A stretch of 64,000 nt of DNA from positions 189,539-253,538 of the forward strand of contig JBNKUM010000094.1 of NCBI GenBank assembly GCA_050298595.1, in the 5' to 3' direction. Positions 60,433 to 64,000 of the stretch are shown piece by piece. The stretch comes from Gammaproteobacteria bacterium. GTDB taxonomy: Bacteria > Pseudomonadota > Gammaproteobacteria > GCA-001735895. The stretch's first letter is position 1. Each line of letters begins with the position of its first letter. Made by a program: the position numbers and the translations under genes. Below the pieces are notes generated by a model, which was not told where the DNA came from, ran no database searches, and saw nothing but the letters and a program-made list of their open reading frames with translations.

Positions 60433-61415
60433 CGAGTATTATCCGCCAGGTGGCGCTTGATCATGGCGACAGTGGTGCGGGGGCTCCAGTGTAATACGCG
60501 AGCGTAGCCACTGGGGTCGCGCGGTGAAAAGTCTCTGGGCCAGGGTGTCAGGAATGTCAGGGGCGAAGATGCCCGCTGGCATTGTGCGATAATCCCCTGC
60601 CATTGCTGATCGAGTCTGGGGTTCCTGGTCATCCCACGCACAGCGAAGTCGGTGGCGACCAGCACAGGGCGACCATCAGCACGCCACTGGTCTCGCTCGC
60701 CTTTTAGGGTCCAGCGCATGGCTGTTTCAGGTACTGAATCGAAGTTGTAGGTATGCACCCGGCCAGGGCCGACCACATTCATCACCTGACTTTCGAGTGC
60801 AAACAGGTCTTCGCGGAAAGGCATCATGCTATGGCTGAAATCGCGCAGCAGGTGGCATCCGGCATCGAGCGTAAACTCAGCTTTATAGGGCAGATCGAAA
60901 ATCAACGGTTGATGACAAATACGCTCGATCAAACGCGGTAAATCGATTTTTCTTCCTGTTCTTTGCGTGTTCAGTGTTGCGGTGAAGATGTGGCGGCTGA
61001 CCCGGTCTGGAAAGAGGTTGCTACGGGTGAGTTTGGGCAGTGTAGAATCTGCAAGTAGATCTTTGGATGCCTGAGTCCATTTTATATCGAGACTGGCCTC
61101 CTGTGCGCGTTCAGATCGCTCGTGTAATCGCTGATTACCGGATTTGATAGTCGGCAGAGCCGGGGGGAGTTTCGGCTGGGGTGGTGTGACCGGTTTGCGT
61201 GTGGGTTGTTTTGCAGGTTGTATCTTTTGCGCCCCTTCATCAAGTCGAGGATTGCTGATTTCATCTGAGGGTTTTATATCAGGAAGCTGGCTGACATTGA
61301 ATCCAAGGCTGGCCGCAATGTCTGCTGCGTGCCCATCTTGCCAGTCCAGATTCGATAGTGCCCGAATCAGGTCACCCAGCTGGATATTGCCTTTTCTGGA
61401 GTCCTCGCTGGTCAT
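60429..61415 (-). CDS. vWA-like partner of MoxR
   Basis: DFSHSM and VATD MIDAS-like motifs; Pro-rich linker; overlaps both neighbours. Confidence 0.72.
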   Translation of the reverse strand: MTSEDSRKGNIQLGDLIRALSNLDWQDGHAADIAASLGFNVSQLPDIKPSDEISNPRLDEGAQKIQPAKQPTRKPVTPPQPKLPPALPTIKSGNQRLHERSERAQEASLDIKWTQASKDLLADSTLPKLTRSNLFPDRVSRHIFTATLNTQRTGRKIDLPRLIERICHQPLIFDLPYKAEFTLDAGCHLLRDFSHSMMPFREDLFALESQVMNVVGPGRVHTYNFDSVPETAMRWTLKGERDQWRADGRPVLVATDFAVRGMTRNPRLDQQWQGIIAQCQRASSPLTFLTPWPRDFSPRDPSGYARVLHWSPRTTVAMIKRHLADNTR

Positions 61416-62422
61416 AGAGATGGATTTTTATTTAGCACCGCGCTTTCCAGAATTTTCCAGAAAGACTGTTCATCTTCCTCGATCTTGATATCCAGTTTGT
61501 CGGCAGCCTCTAGCGCGTCGAGAAATTCACTGGTTCCAGAAGGTCTCAGTTGCATGGATTTAGCATGATCCCTGATTTTGACAAACAATTTGGCAATGTC
61601 TGTGATTAAGCCTCGGTCAATTTCTGGATGATGTCGCTCGCCGATCTCCTGAAGATGCTCCTGAAGGGGATCAGGTATCTTGAGCAGAATGCAGCGTCGT
61701 ATGAAGGCTTCTGGCAGCTCGCGCTCACCATTGGTGGTAATGATGGTTAACAGGTGAGGATTTTGCTCCGGCTTATTGTCTTTTATAGAGCGACTGACTT
61801 CATTTTGATTGTCGACCTTGTAACCCTCAGGCAGGTAAAAACGCCCAATGTCCAAGGGCTCCAGCAGATCATTGGGCAGATCCGGTTCAGCCTTGTCTAT
61901 TTCATCAATCAGCAGCACCGTATTGGCTAGTCCACCCTCATGTCTACGCTGACCGGGATAAGGCAGTTGCACATTAAGCTCCTCGGCCTGTTGCTCACTA
62001 AGCCCACGACGCGAGGCACTGTCAGGCGCGAAAGCCCACCAGAAGATTCCCGGATTAAGATAAAAATTATCCGCTTTTAGTCCCGGCCCAGCTGTTCGTA
62101 CCTGAGCATCATTCAGGCGTCGGAGCTGGTCGACCTCCGCAGTCAATGATGCGCCACTCGTTCTTGAGGTTAGCGTGGTGCGTAGCAGGTTCCACTGCTG
62201 TACCTCGGAAATAGCATCGGCAAGTCGGCTTTTACCGGTGCCCGGATTGCCCGAAACCAACAATGGACGGCCTGTCGCCAGGGCTACATCGACTGCAATC
62301 GTAATCGTGGGATTGAATATATAGGGGGCTGAGTTTGTCGTTTTTTCAAGCACCCAGCTGCCTGATTCCTCATCGAAAAGCGGTGGTATTTTGTCGAAAA
62401 AAGTCGGGTTGTATTTTTTCAT
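61412..62422 (-). CDS. MoxR-family AAA+ ATPase
   Basis: GNPGTGKS, LLIDEIDKA, TNGERELPEAFIRRC. Confidence 0.92.
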   Translation of the reverse strand: MKKYNPTFFDKIPPLFDEESGSWVLEKTTNSAPYIFNPTITIAVDVALATGRPLLVSGNPGTGKSRLADAISEVQQWNLLRTTLTSRTSGASLTAEVDQLRRLNDAQVRTAGPGLKADNFYLNPGIFWWAFAPDSASRRGLSEQQAEELNVQLPYPGQRRHEGGLANTVLLIDEIDKAEPDLPNDLLEPLDIGRFYLPEGYKVDNQNEVSRSIKDNKPEQNPHLLTIITTNGERELPEAFIRRCILLKIPDPLQEHLQEIGERHHPEIDRGLITDIAKLFVKIRDHAKSMQLRPSGTSEFLDALEAADKLDIKIEEDEQSFWKILESAVLNKNPSL

Positions 62423-62425
62423 GGT

Positions 62426-63766
62426 TTATCCGGGTATATTGTATTTTCGATAAATGAACTGTCTGGACAGGCGTTCCTCGGTATAGGCATTGGCTTCCAG
62501 CTCTGGATTGATGGCAGGATCTACACTTTCCAGGTCTTCAGGTATAGCCTGTGGGGTCTCGGCGCTGGATATGACCAGCACAATTTTATGGTAGATCTTG
62601 TTCAGCCCCCTGATTTTCTTACGTAGCCGATAATCGGGTAAACCACTATCATCAGTTGAGGTAACAACCAGGAAAATTATGGTTCCAGAGTTATTTATCT
62701 GGGCCAGGCGTTGTGCCTCAGGGATTTGCGTGGGGAAACCCTCTCCAAGCACTTTATCCTGTATGCTTTGTTTTATCTCATCAAGTGGCTGAGTGTGGGT
62801 AACCGTAACAATGCAGGGATCACTTGATCCAGGGAAAGCGCGTTCAATGCATCGGTTGAGACTGTAGCACTGAGTGCCGAGCAGTGTATCCTCAAGAGTT
62901 GCGAGGAACCCGGTCATCAACAATACGTCATCGTGTCTAAGTGCTTTGGGGAATTTCCCTGCCGCAGCCGGGTCAACCCAGAGTGATCGTATCAAGCGGA
63001 AAAGGTACTCCGCACTGTCTTTATCTGGTTGCGGTGTTAGCTTGTTCAGGCTGGTTTCAAATACCTTGAAACAACGTGCTTCGGTTTGCGTGTTGACTGA
63101 AAACATTTCTCTGGAAAGCATATCTGCAAAGCGGCTGATGCTCTGGTTTCCGTCATCGGGAATCGTACAATTGAGTGATTCGAGGGCCGCAATAATCGAT
63201 TGCTGTGTAGTCTGATCTGACAGCAGTTTGGTGATACCTCCCTGCAGAACTTCGAGTGGTGTTTGTGGGTACTTGTCGGCAAGTTCATCGGGTTCACCCA
63301 GTGCCTGCACCAGACCATCCACTATATCCTGCGCGCTTTCGATATCCCTTATGCACTGGTTGACTGCTATCTTGATTGTACCCAGGTAGCCGGTGGAGAG
63401 TTTGTCGCAGGAGAGTTCGTTGTTGATGGTTACCGGGATCAGCTTGAAAGTGTCATCCAGATCGGCTCGCCAACTGAGAATAGTGGCTTCCTTTGCCACC
63501 CAGTCGGATTTTTCAACAGCACGTTTTGAAAAGATGATCAGGGCGACATGGCATTCAGCTAACCAGAGATTGAGATGATGATTCCAGTCTCCGCCCGGTA
63601 TCAGTCCATCCTTGTCCACTAGCACCTGAATCCGGTCACCGTATTTATTCTTGATGGCCGCGCAAGTCTCTTCCAGCAATTTCCAGTTGTGGTCCTCTGA
63701 TGTCCATTTGTTGGGGACATCATCGAGCCTTGAACTGTGGCTGATGAATAGTTTTAGTTTTGCCAT
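62426..63766 (-). CDS. TIR-domain protein with uncharacterised C-terminal domains (VMAP-like position)
   Basis: LFISHS...VDKDGLIPGGDW...SDWVAKE; directly upstream of MoxR. Confidence 0.8.
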   Translation of the reverse strand: MAKLKLFISHSSRLDDVPNKWTSEDHNWKLLEETCAAIKNKYGDRIQVLVDKDGLIPGGDWNHHLNLWLAECHVALIIFSKRAVEKSDWVAKEATILSWRADLDDTFKLIPVTINNELSCDKLSTGYLGTIKIAVNQCIRDIESAQDIVDGLVQALGEPDELADKYPQTPLEVLQGGITKLLSDQTTQQSIIAALESLNCTIPDDGNQSISRFADMLSREMFSVNTQTEARCFKVFETSLNKLTPQPDKDSAEYLFRLIRSLWVDPAAAGKFPKALRHDDVLLMTGFLATLEDTLLGTQCYSLNRCIERAFPGSSDPCIVTVTHTQPLDEIKQSIQDKVLGEGFPTQIPEAQRLAQINNSGTIIFLVVTSTDDSGLPDYRLRKKIRGLNKIYHKIVLVISSAETPQAIPEDLESVDPAINPELEANAYTEERLSRQFIYRKYNIPG

Positions 63767-64000
63767 CCGGTGGAATTTTGTTATTGGTCTGGCTGTATCA
63801 TATAGCAAAGAGCCAATAGTGAGAAGCACATGGATTATCGTCCAACTGCGGATTCCAGGATGATGACTATCGGCGTTTGAAGGCGGAGCTGCAACACAGG
63901 CTCTCATCGGAATTATCCACCGTATTAGTTCCATTGTTTAGTTTTGTTATGTCATAGGGGGTATAGAGCGCAGTTTTTTTTGTAACATGTTTCTCTTTAT

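Noticed and set aside
1-64000. CRISPR array or cas genes; DGR reverse transcriptase or template repeat
   Set aside because: No regularly spaced repeats, cas motifs, RT motifs or AAC-rich template seen

Overview
Accessory-gene patchwork, probably from an environmental gammaproteobacterium (inferred from gene content). It carries an NAD-linked formate dehydrogenase operon (fdsGBACD), cytochromes, an exosortase with a VIT/vWA substrate, two MSHA-like pilins, alpha-2-macroglobulin-pbpC, a PEP-CTERM gene and wzb-wza-wzc. Gene blocks are separated by RAYT transposase remnants and GGGGTCAG-type motifs, and several blocks are duplicated. The most striking locus is a mostly non-coding unit at 30.0-35.8 kb. 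In order it has a divergent double-HTH repressor, a consensus promoter with an operator-like palindrome, two tandem leader-peptide attenuators and an rrn-type boxB/boxA. These are followed by a ~0.9 kb GOLLD-like structured RNA with an embedded tRNA-Lys, 21 tRNA or tRNA-like genes (4 degenerate) with small ORFs between them, and a terminal HNH nuclease. It reads as an inducible translation-rescue operon (inference). The right end holds a TIR / MoxR / vWA-like / FGE-sulfatase conflict locus whose two FGE (CLec-fold) C-termini look like DGR variable regions, with no reverse transcriptase in the window. All assignments were made by eye; no searches were run.
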